A program made the position numbers and the translations under genes. Under the pieces are notes generated by a model that saw only the letters and a list, made by a program, of their open reading frames with translations, was not told the origin of the DNA and searched no databases. From Armatimonadota bacterium (lineage in GTDB: Bacteria > Sysuimicrobiota > Sysuimicrobiia > Sysuimicrobiales > Humicultoraceae), in the NCBI GenBank assembly GCA_037443365.1, contig JBBIOM010000002.1, positions 32,001 to 96,000 of the forward strand: a stretch of DNA of 64,000 bases, in the 5' to 3' direction. The stretch's first letter is position 1, and each line of letters starts with the position of its first letter. This document shows, piece by piece, positions 38,355 to 48,545 of the stretch.

Positions 38355-38824
38355 CACGGGGCATCTCCGATCTTCGCCCGCCGAAGCGGCGTCGGTCCCA
38401 ACGCCGTGATGCGCTCGGTCATCTCCCGGGCTATCTCGGCGAACCGCGGGCCCTGGGCCGACGACAGGTTGAACATCTCCAGGCGCGCCCCCCCGATGCC
38501 GGCCTCGTCGAGACGCTCCTTGAGGTACCGCACACGCGCCTTGGCATGGTAGTTGCCGGCCTGGTAGTGGCACTGCCCCTCCAGGCACCCGGCCACGAAC
38601 ACCCCGTCCGCTCCTGCCTCGAAGGCGCGCAGGATGTAGATCGCGTCAATCCCGCCGGTGCAGGGCAGCAGCACGACCTTCACATTGGGCGGATACGGCA
38701 GGCGCATCACGCCTGCAAGGTCTGCCGCCGCGTAGGCGCAGTAGAAGCAGCAGAAGGCCACTATCTCAACCGAGGCCTTGGACGCCTCCGATTGCGCTGG
38801 GGCCACGGTAAGGTCAGCCGACAC
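38354..38824 (-). CDS. mvhD: MvhD-family [2Fe-2S] subunit (second copy)
   Basis: AFCCFYCAY..ADLAG, LPCTG, GADGV.VAGC..GQCHY. Confidence 0.92.
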   Translation of the reverse strand: MSADLTVAPAQSEASKASVEIVAFCCFYCAYAAADLAGVMRLPYPPNVKVVLLPCTGGIDAIYILRAFEAGADGVFVAGCLEGQCHYQAGNYHAKARVRYLKERLDEAGIGGARLEMFNLSSAQGPRFAEIAREMTERITALGPTPLRRAKIGDAP

Positions 38825-41800
38825 GCGCCCCCTCCATCTCGCCCAGCAGCGCCTCGATCTTGGCGATCATCTGATCGCGCGAGTAGTGCCCCAGGCTGAG
38901 CGCGCTGCCCGGGCACACAGACACGCAAAGGCCGCATCCCTGGCAGCGTGTGGGTTCGACGACGGCTATTCCGTCGCCGTCGAACGATATGGCGTCGTAG
39001 GCGCAGACCCGGAGGCATGTCAGGCACGTCGTGCAGCGGTCGCGATCCACCTGGGTGACGACGCCTCCGACCTCCAGGCTATCACGCCACAGCAGGGTGC
39101 TTGCCCTGGCCGCCGATGCCAGGGACTGGGCGATCGCCTCGTCCAGCAACTTGGGGTAGTGCGCGCCGCCGCAGAGGAACAGGCCTTCGCTGGCGAAGTC
39201 CGCCGGGCGCAGCTTGACGTGGGCTTCCAGGAAGAAGCCGTCGGCCGACGCCGGCACCTTGAAGATCTCCGTCAGGCCGCAGGCGCCTTCTGAGGGCACC
39301 TGAGCCGGCGCCACCACCATCAGCCCGGCATCGAGCGTGATCTCCTCGCCGAGCGCCTGGTCCCGCAGGGTAACGCGGACGGCCTCTGGAGTGCGCGTGA
39401 CTTGCGGGGGCTCATCCGGCGAGTGGCGGAACACCACGACCCCGGCCTGCCGCGCCTGCGTGAAGAGCACCTCGGATGTCCCGTAGGTCCGGATCTCGCG
39501 CGCGATGACCGTGACCGGGACCTCGGGATGGGCCCGTTTGAACGCCAGCGCGGCGGCCATGGACTGGGCGCAGCACGTGCGGCTGCAGTAGAAGGGCATG
39601 CGGTCCCAGGGGCCCGCGCAGAGCAACATGACCACCGAGGCCGGGACCTCAACGGGCGCCACAACCGGAGTGAGACGCGCCTCAAACTCTGAGAGCGTTA
39701 TCACGCGCGCATCCTCGCCGACCCCGTAGGCGGCGGGCTTCCACTCCTGCAGGCCGGTGGCGATGACGGTAACCCCGTGCGAGATGGTGTGCTCGCCGTC
39801 CGGGCCTGCCACGGTTGTCTCGAAGTTGCCGACCGTGCCGTGGGAGGACCCGATCGTGCAGCCGGTCAATACGCGCACGCGGGGATGGCTGGTTGCGCGT
39901 TCGGCCAGCTCCCTCAGCAACTCCGCGGGCGCGGTCCCCCCCCCCAGGCCAGAAGCGGTGAACGCAGCCGGCCGCCAAGCGTCTGCGACCGCTCCACCAG
40001 CGTGACCGGGAATCCCTGCTCGGCCAGGTTGAGGCTGGCGGTCAGGCCCGCGACGCCTCCGCCGATGACAAGCGCTTCGCGCCGCATCGGCACCAGCACC
40101 TTGTGAAGCGGCGACAGGCGCGCGGCGCGAGCGACGGCCGCCGTGATCAGGGCCTGCGCCTTCTCCGTGGCGCCAGCGGGATCATCGCGGTGAACCCAGC
40201 TACACTGATCGCGGATGTTGGCCATCTCGAACAGGTAGGGGTTGAGCCCGGCCTCGCGCAGCGTCTCGCGGAAGATGGGTTCGTGTGTGCGCGGGGTGCA
40301 GCTGGCCACGACCACCCTGTTCAGGTGCGCTTCGGCCACGGCCTCCTTGATGCGTATCAGGGTGTCGGCCGAGCAGGTGTAGAGGGACGTCTCGGCCAGG
40401 ACCACGCCCGGCAACGTCTTGGCATGCGCGGCCAGGCCGGCCACGTCCACGACGCCGGCGATGTTCGATCCGCAGTGGCACACGAACACCCCTATGCGCG
40501 GCTCCGGATCCAACAGCATCTCAGGAGGATAGACCTTGGCTGAGATCTGGGTCCCGCGGGCCGACCCGATGATGGCCATCGCCGCGGCGGCCGCGCCGCT
40601 GCCGTCCGTGACTGAATCTGGAATGTCCCTGGGTCCGCGGAATCCGCCGGCCACGAACACGCCGGGGCGGCTGGCCTGCATAGGCGCAGAGGGCACCGTG
40701 GCGGCGAACCCGTGCTCGTCGAGGGCTATGCGGGCGGCGCAGGCAAGGGCTGCGGCACCCTTGGGCGGGGTCAGGCCCACGGCCAGCACAACCAGGTCGG
40801 CCTGCTCCTCGCGCACTGCGCCGTTCTCCTCGACGCGGAAGTGAAGCGACCGGGTCTGTGCGTCTTCCCGAAGGGCCGCCACGCGCGTGCGCACGAACCG
40901 GATCTGTTCGCGGCTGGCCCGTTCGACGTAGGCGTCGAACCCCTTGCCGAAGGCGCGCATGTCCGCGTAGTAGACAGTGCATTCGGTGCCCGGAGCGTGC
41001 TCGCGGGCGAGTATCGCTTCCTTGGTTGCGTACATGCAGCACACCGAGGAGCAGTACCGGTTCTGCTGATCGCGCGAGCCCACGCACTGCAGGAACGCTA
41101 TGCGCTTGGGTTCGGCGCCGTCGGAGGGACGAGCAACGTGTCCCTGCGTCGGCCCCGACGCCGACAGGAGCCGCTCGAACTGCGGGCCGGTGAGGACGTT
41201 CGGGAAGCGGCCCGCGCCGTAGGCGTCGGCAAGCGCGGCGTCGAACGGCTCGATGCCAGGAGCCAGGATCACGGCGCCGACATTCAGCGTCTCCTCCCGT
41301 TCGGTCTCGGCATGGTTGATCGCCTCACGGCGGCATGCCTGCACGCAGGCCAGGCACTCGGCGCACACGCCGCAGGACAGACAGCGCGCAGCCTCAAACC
41401 GCGCCTCTTCTTCGGTCAGCCCCTCGTCCACCTCGATGAACGAGGCGCGCCTGACCTCTGCCGGGAGTTCGTGAACGCCTTGGCGCGGCTGCGGCCGTAT
41501 CTGACCGCGCGCCAGGCGGTCCTCGACCTCCTCCAGCGTGAGTCTGGCGACCTGGGGTTGCGGGTCGGCCTGCAGGAACGTTCCGCGCAGGTACGCGTGA
41601 ATGCCTTGTGCGGCCCGGCGGCCCGCGGCGATGGCGTCCACGATGTAGGCCGTGCCAGTTGCCAGGTCCCCTCCGGCGAACAAACCGGGGTAGCCCGTGG
41701 ACTGCGACTCCGCGTCCACCTGCAGCGCCCCCCAGGGCGTGGTTACGAGGCCGGGCAGATCAGAGAAGATCTCGTTCTGCGGGGCCAGGCCTATCGCGAA

Positions 41801-43984
41801 GACAATCGTGTCCGCCTCTATCAGGTGCTCGCTACCCTCGATGAGTTCGAGGTGCAGCCGCCGGTTCTCGTCGAAGTGCATGGAGCGCACCCCCCGGCAC
41901 TCCATGCCCGCGGCGCGGCCGTCCCGTTCCACGACGCGGACGAACGACGTGGAGGGATACACCCGCACGCCCTCTTCTTCGGCCGCTGCCACCTCCCAGG
42001 GGTGAGCCGGCATGGCCCCGCGCGCCTCGGGACATGCCAGGAGCACCTCGGCGCCGAGCCGCACGCATGTTCGGGCCACATCGATGCCGACGTTGCCGCC
42101 TCCCAGCACGAGCACCCGCCGACCCAGAGAGACCGGTTGCCCCAGCCGGGCGTTCTGCAGAACGTCGGTGCTGACCAGGACGCCCGGCAGATCGGCCCCA
42201 GGGATGGGGAGCTTGCGGGCCCGGTGGGTTCCGGTGGCCAGGAAGATCGCGCTGTACCCTTGCGCGAATAGCTCGCGCACGTGCGAGACGCGGCTGGAGG
42301 TGCGTATCTCGACGCCCAAGGCAGCGATTGCCGCGACCTCGCGCTCAACTATGCTCGCCGGCAACCTGTGCTCCGGGATGCCGACGCGCATCATGCCTCC
42401 CGGAACAGGCAGCGCCTCGTGGACGGTCACGCGGTAGCCCAGCACGGCCAGATCCCGGGCCGCCGTCAGCCCGGCGGGGCCTGAGCCTACAACCGCCACG
42501 CGTTCGGGGTGCGCCGGCTCCACCTGCGCCGGAGGCTCGCCCGGCCGCGCATATGCCCAGTCGGCCACGAACCGCTTGAGCGCAGCGATGTTCACGGCCC
42601 CGTCAACGAGCGAACGCGAGCAGGCGTCCTCGCACCGGTGGTTGCACACTCGGCCGCAGATCCCGGGAAACGGGTTCTCCATCTGGATCACGCGGAACGC
42701 CTCTTCGTAGCGTCCCTGGGCCACCAGCGCCACGTACCCCTGCGCCCTCTGGTGAATGGGACAGGCGTCGCGGCAAGGTGCACGCCCCCGCTTGTCAATG
42801 GCGTATGCGCCTGGAACGGCCTGGGCATAGGAGCGGTATATGGCACTGCGCGCGGCCAGCCCCGCGTTGAACTCGCTGGGCACGCCCACAGGGCACGCCG
42901 CGGCGCAGTCACCGCAGCCTGTGCAGCGGAGCGGATCCACGAAGCGGGGGCGCTGCCGTATGGTGGCGGCGAAGTCCCCGGCGCTCCCCTCCAGACTCTC
43001 CAGCTCGGCCAGCGTGTGGATCTCGATGTTAGGATGCAGCCTGACACCCGACAGCTTGGGCGACAGGATGCACATCGCGCAGTCGTTCGTGGGGAAGGTC
43101 TTGTCGAGCGTGGCCATGCGACCGCCTATGGCTGGGCCGCGCTCGACCAGGTGCACCTTGATGCCAGCGTCCGCCAGATCGAGCGCAGCCTGGATTCCCG
43201 CGATCCCGCCGCCGACCACCACGGCCGCGCCCACCACGCCGTCGCCGGTCTCCTCGGGAGGCCCGGCCGGTCTTGCCTCCTCGATCGCGGTGGCCACGCG
43301 GGCTGCCCCCCCGGGGGCCGGGCCTTCGTCGAGGTCGTCGCGCGCGGCCGCGGGCACTCGCACCATGCGGTCCAGCAGCTCGATCTGATCGGCCAGCCGC
43401 TGGCGGCAGCGCACAAGGATGTGCCGCTGATCATCGGTGAGATCGCCGGCCGTTCCCGCCAGCATCGCCTCCAGGTAGCCGGCCACCCTGGCGGCGGGAG
43501 ACCGCAGGTCGTACGTGGCCACCGCCTGCATCTGGGTCAGTCGGGCTCGCACCTGCGCCATGCGCGATTCGATGAGGTCCACTAGACCGGCCATTATGGG
43601 ATACCCGATCTCCCAGTCCAGCGATATCAACCTGCGCAGAACCGGGCCGCTGATGGCCACCAGAACCGTGGGCTCGACGCTGACCGCAGACATCGTCAGC
43701 ACAAACGGCGGCACAAGGGCAGACCATCCGAGGCTCTCGCCCGCCCCGAGCACGGACACGACGACCGACCTGGGCAGGTCCCCTTCCTGCTCCGGTGTTC
43801 GCATCTCCAGGGCCACCCGGCCCGTGTGGATCACGAAGAAGTCGCGGGCCTCGTCCCCTTCAGAGAAGATGCGCTCCCCCGGCTGGAAGGAGACAACGGT
43901 GCCCAGCGAGGCCACCAGGTCTCGGGCCGATGGGCTAAGCCCTGCGAGAAGGGCGCACCGGCCCATGGCTTCACGCTGGATCAT
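38814..43984 (-). CDS. hdrA: Giant HdrA/HdrL (cNMP + degenerate HisKA + HdrA with GltD-like NAD(P)H module + second HdrA unit), frameshifted at a G10 tract
   Basis: ORF 39914..43984: GGGIAG, DKTFPTNDCAMC, APCRDACP, CGRVC...CE.AC, VGSGPAG, GGGNVG.D, EAARCLSC, CVGSRD, YCSSVCC, IGVFVCHCG, NIRDQCSWVH, GGGVAG. ORF 38814..39920 continues with YCSRTCC, GFFLEAHVKLRP and 2x[4Fe-4S]. One extra G at 39936-39945 joins them into 1723 aa. Confidence 0.88.
39936..39945 (-). repeat. Poly-G homopolymer (G10 on coding strand) at the hdrA frameshift
   Basis: Ten consecutive C on the + strand, located where the reading frame switches. Confidence 0.95.
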
Positions 43985-45167
43985 CGGCAGATGTCTCCCC
44001 CTGCCCCACCGGCGGCGAATCGCCGGGGGGGAGTTCGACGGCGAGGGCCCGGGGTATCGAGAGCGTGAAAACCGCGCCGCTTGTCTCTCCTGGAGGCGGG
44101 CTCTCTGCCCAGATCTGACCGCGGTGGGCCTCGACGATCCTCTTCACGAGGGACAAACCCAGCCCCAACCCCTTCGACTGGGCCATCTGCCCCCTGTAGA
44201 ACTCGTCGAAGATGCGGGGCAGATCGGACGGCGCTATCCCAGCGCCGTTGTCGCGCACCTGCACCCGGATCTCATCTCCCCGGTCCAGGGCGGACACGAC
44301 GACTTCTCCGCCGGAGGGCGTAAACTTCACGGCGTTGTCCAGGAGGTTGGTAATGGCTTCCTGCATGCGCAGCGGCGCCATCAAGAGCGACGGCATGCCC
44401 CGAGGCACCAGCGCCTCCAGGCGCACTCCCTTTGCCCGGGCCGCGGCCGCCACGTTCTCCACGGCCTTCTCAATGATATCCTGCATGGATGCGACGCCCA
44501 GCTCCGCGGAGAAGTCGCCGGTCTCGATCCGGGAGACCCGCAGAAGGCTGTTGATGAGCTCGATCAGCTCCTGCACACGGATGCTGCACCGCTCCAACAT
44601 CTCTCGCTGCCGGTCAGCGACCTCCCCGGCGTAGCCGCCCAGCATCACCTGAAGGTAGCTCTCCACGGCCGCCAGGGGCGCCTTCAGTTCGTGTGACACC
44701 ATTGCGATGACGAAGCCCAGCTTGGCCCTCGCCTCCTGGAGGCGGCTTCCCACCAGCTGGGCCAGGCCGCGCATCAGGAGGGCCCCGGCCCGAGGGTCCT
44801 CGGCGATCAGTCGTTCCAGCATCTCGCGCTCGAATGCCACGACCGTCGTGGGCTGAATTGCCACGGCCGACATGGTGCGCGTGTGAGGAGGCACGAGCGC
44901 GGACCAGCCGAAGCAGTCGGGGGGACCAAGCACCGCGGCGAATGTGCGCCGCTCGCCCGCCTCGGACCTGCCGATCTGCAGGTCCATCTCGAGGGCGACG
45001 CGTCCCCGCTCAATGATGCACAGGTGTGTGGCGCCCTCCCCCTCCTCGAAGATCCGCTGCCCGGGCTCGAACGATCGCTGCTCACCCATAGCCGCCAGGC
45101 GGCGCAGAAGCGCCACGGGCAGGTCCTTGAACAGGGACGAGCGCTCCAGGGCCGCCTGGCTGGCCAT
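43971..45167 (-). CDS. Cytoplasmic histidine kinase with N-terminal cNMP-binding (Crp-like) domain
   Basis: SLFKDL, FEPGQRIFEEGE, GRV, FGWSAL; H-box SHELKAPL; NAVKFT, DNGAGI, IFDEFY, GLGLGL; no TM helix. Confidence 0.92.
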   Translation of the reverse strand: MASQAALERSSLFKDLPVALLRRLAAMGEQRSFEPGQRIFEEGEGATHLCIIERGRVALEMDLQIGRSEAGERRTFAAVLGPPDCFGWSALVPPHTRTMSAVAIQPTTVVAFEREMLERLIAEDPRAGALLMRGLAQLVGSRLQEARAKLGFVIAMVSHELKAPLAAVESYLQVMLGGYAGEVADRQREMLERCSIRVQELIELINSLLRVSRIETGDFSAELGVASMQDIIEKAVENVAAAARAKGVRLEALVPRGMPSLLMAPLRMQEAITNLLDNAVKFTPSGGEVVVSALDRGDEIRVQVRDNGAGIAPSDLPRIFDEFYRGQMAQSKGLGLGLSLVKRIVEAHRGQIWAESPPPGETSGAVFTLSIPRALAVELPPGDSPPVGQGETSADDPA

Positions 45168-45168
45168 G

Positions 45169-46053
45169 CTACTCCACTCCCGGAGCCGCCAGGCCGCCGG
45201 CCTCGAGCACGCGCGGCAGCAGGTGATCCCATCCCATGGCCATCAGGTGGATGCCCTGGCACAGCGGCCGCAGTTCCCGGATCAGCCCGGCGGCCACGCC
45301 CACGCTGGCCTCCTGGCGGTCCTTGGCTGTCTCCATGATCTCGATGAGGCGGCCGGGAACGTGCACGCCCGGGACATTCCGGTTCATGAACCGGGCCATA
45401 CCGGCGGACTTCAGCATGATGATGCCTGCCAGTACCGGCTTGCCCACGGGCCGGGCGGCTTCCATGAAGCGGGCGAAGCCGTCCGGGTCGAAGATGGCCT
45501 GGGTCTGGAAGAAGTCGGCGCCGGCCTGAGCCTTCTTCGCCATCTTGAGCAGTTGGGGCTCAACCGGATCCGCGCCCGGGCTGACGACCGCGCCCAGGAG
45601 GAACTCGGGGGCGCCGTCCAGTTGCTTCCCCGCCATGTCCTGCCCCTGCTCCAGCCCGACCGCGGCGCGCAGCAGGGAAACCGAGTCCAGGTCGAACACG
45701 GGCTTGGCCTGCGGGTGGTCACCAAGCTTCACGTGGTCTCCCGTAAGGCACAGCACGTTCTCGATGCCCAGCGCCGCCGCGCTCAGGAGATCCGACTGCA
45801 GCGCAATCCGGTTTCTGTCGCGGCAGGTGACCTGGAAGATGGGCTCGAGGCCCCGCTCCCGAAGCATGTGGCAGAGCACCAGCGAACCCAGGCGCATCAC
45901 CGAGCTCTGCTGGTCGGTGACGTTGAACGCCTGCACCCGTCCCCGCAGGCGCTCGGCTTCCTGAATGGCTCCTGCCACGTTGATTCCCTTGGGCGGGGAG
46001 GCCTCGGCCGTCACCACGAACCGGCCTCCGGTCAGGGCCTCTCGCAGGGTCAT
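45169..46053 (-). CDS. metF: Methylene-THF reductase catalytic subunit (copy 2)
   Basis: VTAE.SPPKG, NVTD, TCRDRNRIALQSD, LCLTGDH, VFDLDS, AGADFFQTQ, GIHLM. Confidence 0.93.
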   Translation of the reverse strand: MTLREALTGGRFVVTAEASPPKGINVAGAIQEAERLRGRVQAFNVTDQQSSVMRLGSLVLCHMLRERGLEPIFQVTCRDRNRIALQSDLLSAAALGIENVLCLTGDHVKLGDHPQAKPVFDLDSVSLLRAAVGLEQGQDMAGKQLDGAPEFLLGAVVSPGADPVEPQLLKMAKKAQAGADFFQTQAIFDPDGFARFMEAARPVGKPVLAGIIMLKSAGMARFMNRNVPGVHVPGRLIEIMETAKDRQEASVGVAAGLIRELRPLCQGIHLMAMGWDHLLPRVLEAGGLAAPGVE

Positions 46054-46475
46054 GGCGTCTCAGAGCCTCCCTCGGACCGGCCGCGGCGTGCCAGCAGCTT
46101 CTCCACCCTTTCTAGGAGCAGGCCCGGAGGAGCGGGCTTGTCGAGATAGTCCTCTGCCTCCAGGCTGAGCCCTGCGCTGACCGGAAGGCCGGACTCCCCG
46201 TGGCGCTCGGCGAACGAGGTGAGCATGATGACAGGCACCGAGGAGAGCACCGGGTCGCGCTTCAGCTCCTCGCAGACCGTGAAGCCGTCCTTGAACGGCA
46301 TGATCACGTCCAGGATGATCAGGTCGGGCGGATCCTCGCGCGCCAGACGCAGCCCCTCAACGCCATCCAGCGCCGCGGTCACCCGATAGTTGCGGCTCTC
46401 CAGCACCGTCCGGGTGGTCTCGACCAGGTCCGGGTCATCGTCAATGAGCAGAATGCGCTCCTGGGTCTTAGCCAA
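46050..46475 (-). CDS. Stand-alone response regulator (REC only)
   Basis: ILLIDDD, PDLIILDVIMP..DG, MLTS, DKP. TTG start at 46475 with GAGGTG upstream. Confidence 0.9.
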   Translation of the reverse strand: MAKTQERILLIDDDPDLVETTRTVLESRNYRVTAALDGVEGLRLAREDPPDLIILDVIMPFKDGFTVCEELKRDPVLSSVPVIMLTSFAERHGESGLPVSAGLSLEAEDYLDKPAPPGLLLERVEKLLARRGRSEGGSETP

Positions 46476-46479
46476 GGTC

Positions 46480-46896
46480 CTACACCTCTCCGGGGTTGCC
46501 CGATCGCTTGCCGCGCCTGTCCAGCACCTTGCGGACACGATGCAGCAGATCCACCGGCCGCACCGGCTTCTCGACATAGTCGTCCACGTCCATGGCCAGC
46601 CCGGCCTCGAGTTCGTACCTGCGCCGGCTGGCCTCTTCGCCCACGGCAGAGAAGATCACAATCGGAATGGTCGCCCAGCGGGGTTTCTCCTTCAGGGCCC
46701 GCACCACGGCGTATCCGTCCATCCTGGGCATCATCATGTCCAGGATGATCAGGTCGGGGGCCTCCCGGCGTATGCACTCGAGCCCCTGCTCGCCGTCGGG
46801 GGCGGTCTCGACACTGTAGCCAGCAGCCTCCAGTACCATCCGGACCGCCACGGTGATATCCTGATCGTCGTCCACCACCAGGATCCGAGGTTGCAT
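46480..46896 (-). CDS. Stand-alone response regulator (REC only)
   Basis: ILVVDDD, PDLIILDMMMP.MDG, FSA, EKP. Confidence 0.92.
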   Translation of the reverse strand: MQPRILVVDDDQDITVAVRMVLEAAGYSVETAPDGEQGLECIRREAPDLIILDMMMPRMDGYAVVRALKEKPRWATIPIVIFSAVGEEASRRRYELEAGLAMDVDDYVEKPVRPVDLLHRVRKVLDRRGKRSGNPGEV

Positions 46897-46928
46897 TCAG
46901 GCCAGCCCTCCTTCTCACGCCTGTTGCG

Positions 46929-47846
46929 TCATATCAGCGGCCGAGGCAGAAGCCCGGCCCTCTCCGCCAGAACGGGGACGACCTCTTCCCACCCCACGGC
47001 CATGATGTGCACACCCCGCACGCCTGGTATGTCGCGCACGGCGTCAATGATGTCCACCGCGATGGCCATTCCCTCGGCCTTGGGATCCGAGGCATCTTCC
47101 ATGCGCGAGACCACGCCGTCAGGAACGACAATGCCGGACACGTAGTCCCGCATGTAGCGCGCCATACCAACCGATTTCAGGGGCACGATTCCGGCCAGGA
47201 TCGCCGTCTTCTCGTGCAGCCCCCGCGCCCTGACCTGGGCCATCCAGCGCGCGAAGATCTCGAGATCATATACGGCCTGCGTCTGTATGAAGCTGGCGCC
47301 CGCGCGCACCTTCTTCGCCAGGCGCACCACCCGGTATGGAAGCGGGTCGGCGAACGGGTTGGCCGCGGCCCCGATGAACATCGAAACGTCGCCGGTGAAC
47401 TCATCGCCACTCTGGAACCTGCGCGCATCGCGCATGCCGGCCAGCACCTGTATCAGCTGGATCGAGTCGAGATCGAAGACGTTCTTGGCCCCCGGGTGGT
47501 TGCCGAACTGCTGGTGGTCCCCGCTCAGGCACAGGAAGTTGCGCACTCCGGCCCCCACGGCACCCAACACGTCCGACTGCAGCGCCAGGCGGTTCCGGTC
47601 GCGGCACGTCATCTGCATCACGGGGTCCAGACCCATGCGGCGCAGATGGATCGCGCAGGCCAGGCTGGACATGCGCACGATCGCGGTCTGGTTGTCGGTC
47701 AGATTGATGGCGTCACAGCAGTGCCGGAGGATCTCGGCCTTGCGCTCCACGACGCCCAGGTTCGTGCCCTTGGGCGGGCCCAGCTCGGCGGTCACAGCGA
47801 ACCGCCCAGCGGCCAGCACGACCTCCAGGTTGCTGCCCGCGGGCAT
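46929..47846 (-). CDS. metF: Methylene-THF reductase catalytic subunit (copy 1)
   Basis: VTAELGPPKG, NLTDNQ, TCRDRNRLALQSD, LCLSGDH, VFDLDS, AGASFIQTQ, GVHIM. Confidence 0.93.
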   Translation of the reverse strand: MPAGSNLEVVLAAGRFAVTAELGPPKGTNLGVVERKAEILRHCCDAINLTDNQTAIVRMSSLACAIHLRRMGLDPVMQMTCRDRNRLALQSDVLGAVGAGVRNFLCLSGDHQQFGNHPGAKNVFDLDSIQLIQVLAGMRDARRFQSGDEFTGDVSMFIGAAANPFADPLPYRVVRLAKKVRAGASFIQTQAVYDLEIFARWMAQVRARGLHEKTAILAGIVPLKSVGMARYMRDYVSGIVVPDGVVSRMEDASDPKAEGMAIAVDIIDAVRDIPGVRGVHIMAVGWEEVVPVLAERAGLLPRPLI

Positions 47847-47851
47847 GGCCG

Positions 47852-48529
47852 CTACACCTCCTCCTCGACCATCTCGCGCAGGTCAGGCCGCGTGATGCGG
47901 CGCGGCCCGCCGGAGTGGCTCGCCTTCCAGTCCCGGGCCGGGATGATCTCCTCGAGCTGGTCCAGGCGTCCCTGCGCTTCCAGGCGCTCGTGGATCAGAA
48001 CCCAGGCGCAGGGATTGTCTACCGACAGCTCGCAGTGCCCATCCTGGGGCCCTCCGCAGGGGCCGTTCAGGAGGCTCTTGGCGCACCTGGCCACCGGACA
48101 GATCCCTCCGGTGCGGTGCAGGAGGCAATCACCGCAGGCCATGCACCGCTCACCCCATATCCCAGGGGCCTCGGTCAGCCCCATGAAGGCGGTGTTGAGC
48201 CCAGGCAGCGCGATCACACCTCCGTAGCGCTCCCCTATTCCCTGCACACCCACCCCGCATCCCAGGGACAGCACGGCATCGGCCCGGCGCACCGCCTCGC
48301 CGACCTGATCCAGGAACTCCCACTCGCACTGCCGCTGAACCACGGCCTCCCCGATCTCGACCTCTGGGCCCAGCACCGAGCGCAGCGCGGTGGCCACCAC
48401 GGCGACTTCCTTCTCTCCCCCGGCAAAGCAGACAGTCGTGCACGTTCCGCAGCCGAGCACCAGGAGGCGGCGGAACCCGCTCACCATCTGCCGGATCTCG
48501 TCCAGGGGCTTCTGTTGTGCAACAATCAC
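47852..48529 (-). CDS. metV: Methylene-THF reductase Fe-S subunit MetV (copy 1)
   Basis: MIVAQQKP, GCGTC..VC..GG, RQCE, GCGVGVQ, C..CG.C....GGICP..RC.K.LLNGPCGG, CE...CAW. Confidence 0.92.
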   Translation of the reverse strand: MIVAQQKPLDEIRQMVSGFRRLLVLGCGTCTTVCFAGGEKEVAVVATALRSVLGPEVEIGEAVVQRQCEWEFLDQVGEAVRRADAVLSLGCGVGVQGIGERYGGVIALPGLNTAFMGLTEAPGIWGERCMACGDCLLHRTGGICPVARCAKSLLNGPCGGPQDGHCELSVDNPCAWVLIHERLEAQGRLDQLEEIIPARDWKASHSGGPRRITRPDLREMVEEEV

Positions 48530-48545
48530 GGCCAGACCGCCTTCC

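Noticed and set aside
38814-39920. Independent 368-aa HdrA gene starting at TTG 39920
   Set aside because: It begins mid FAD domain, lacks a properly spaced RBS, and homology continues upstream across the G10 tract.
40712-42271. 519-aa plus-strand ORF
   Set aside because: Antisense shadow of the giant hdrA.
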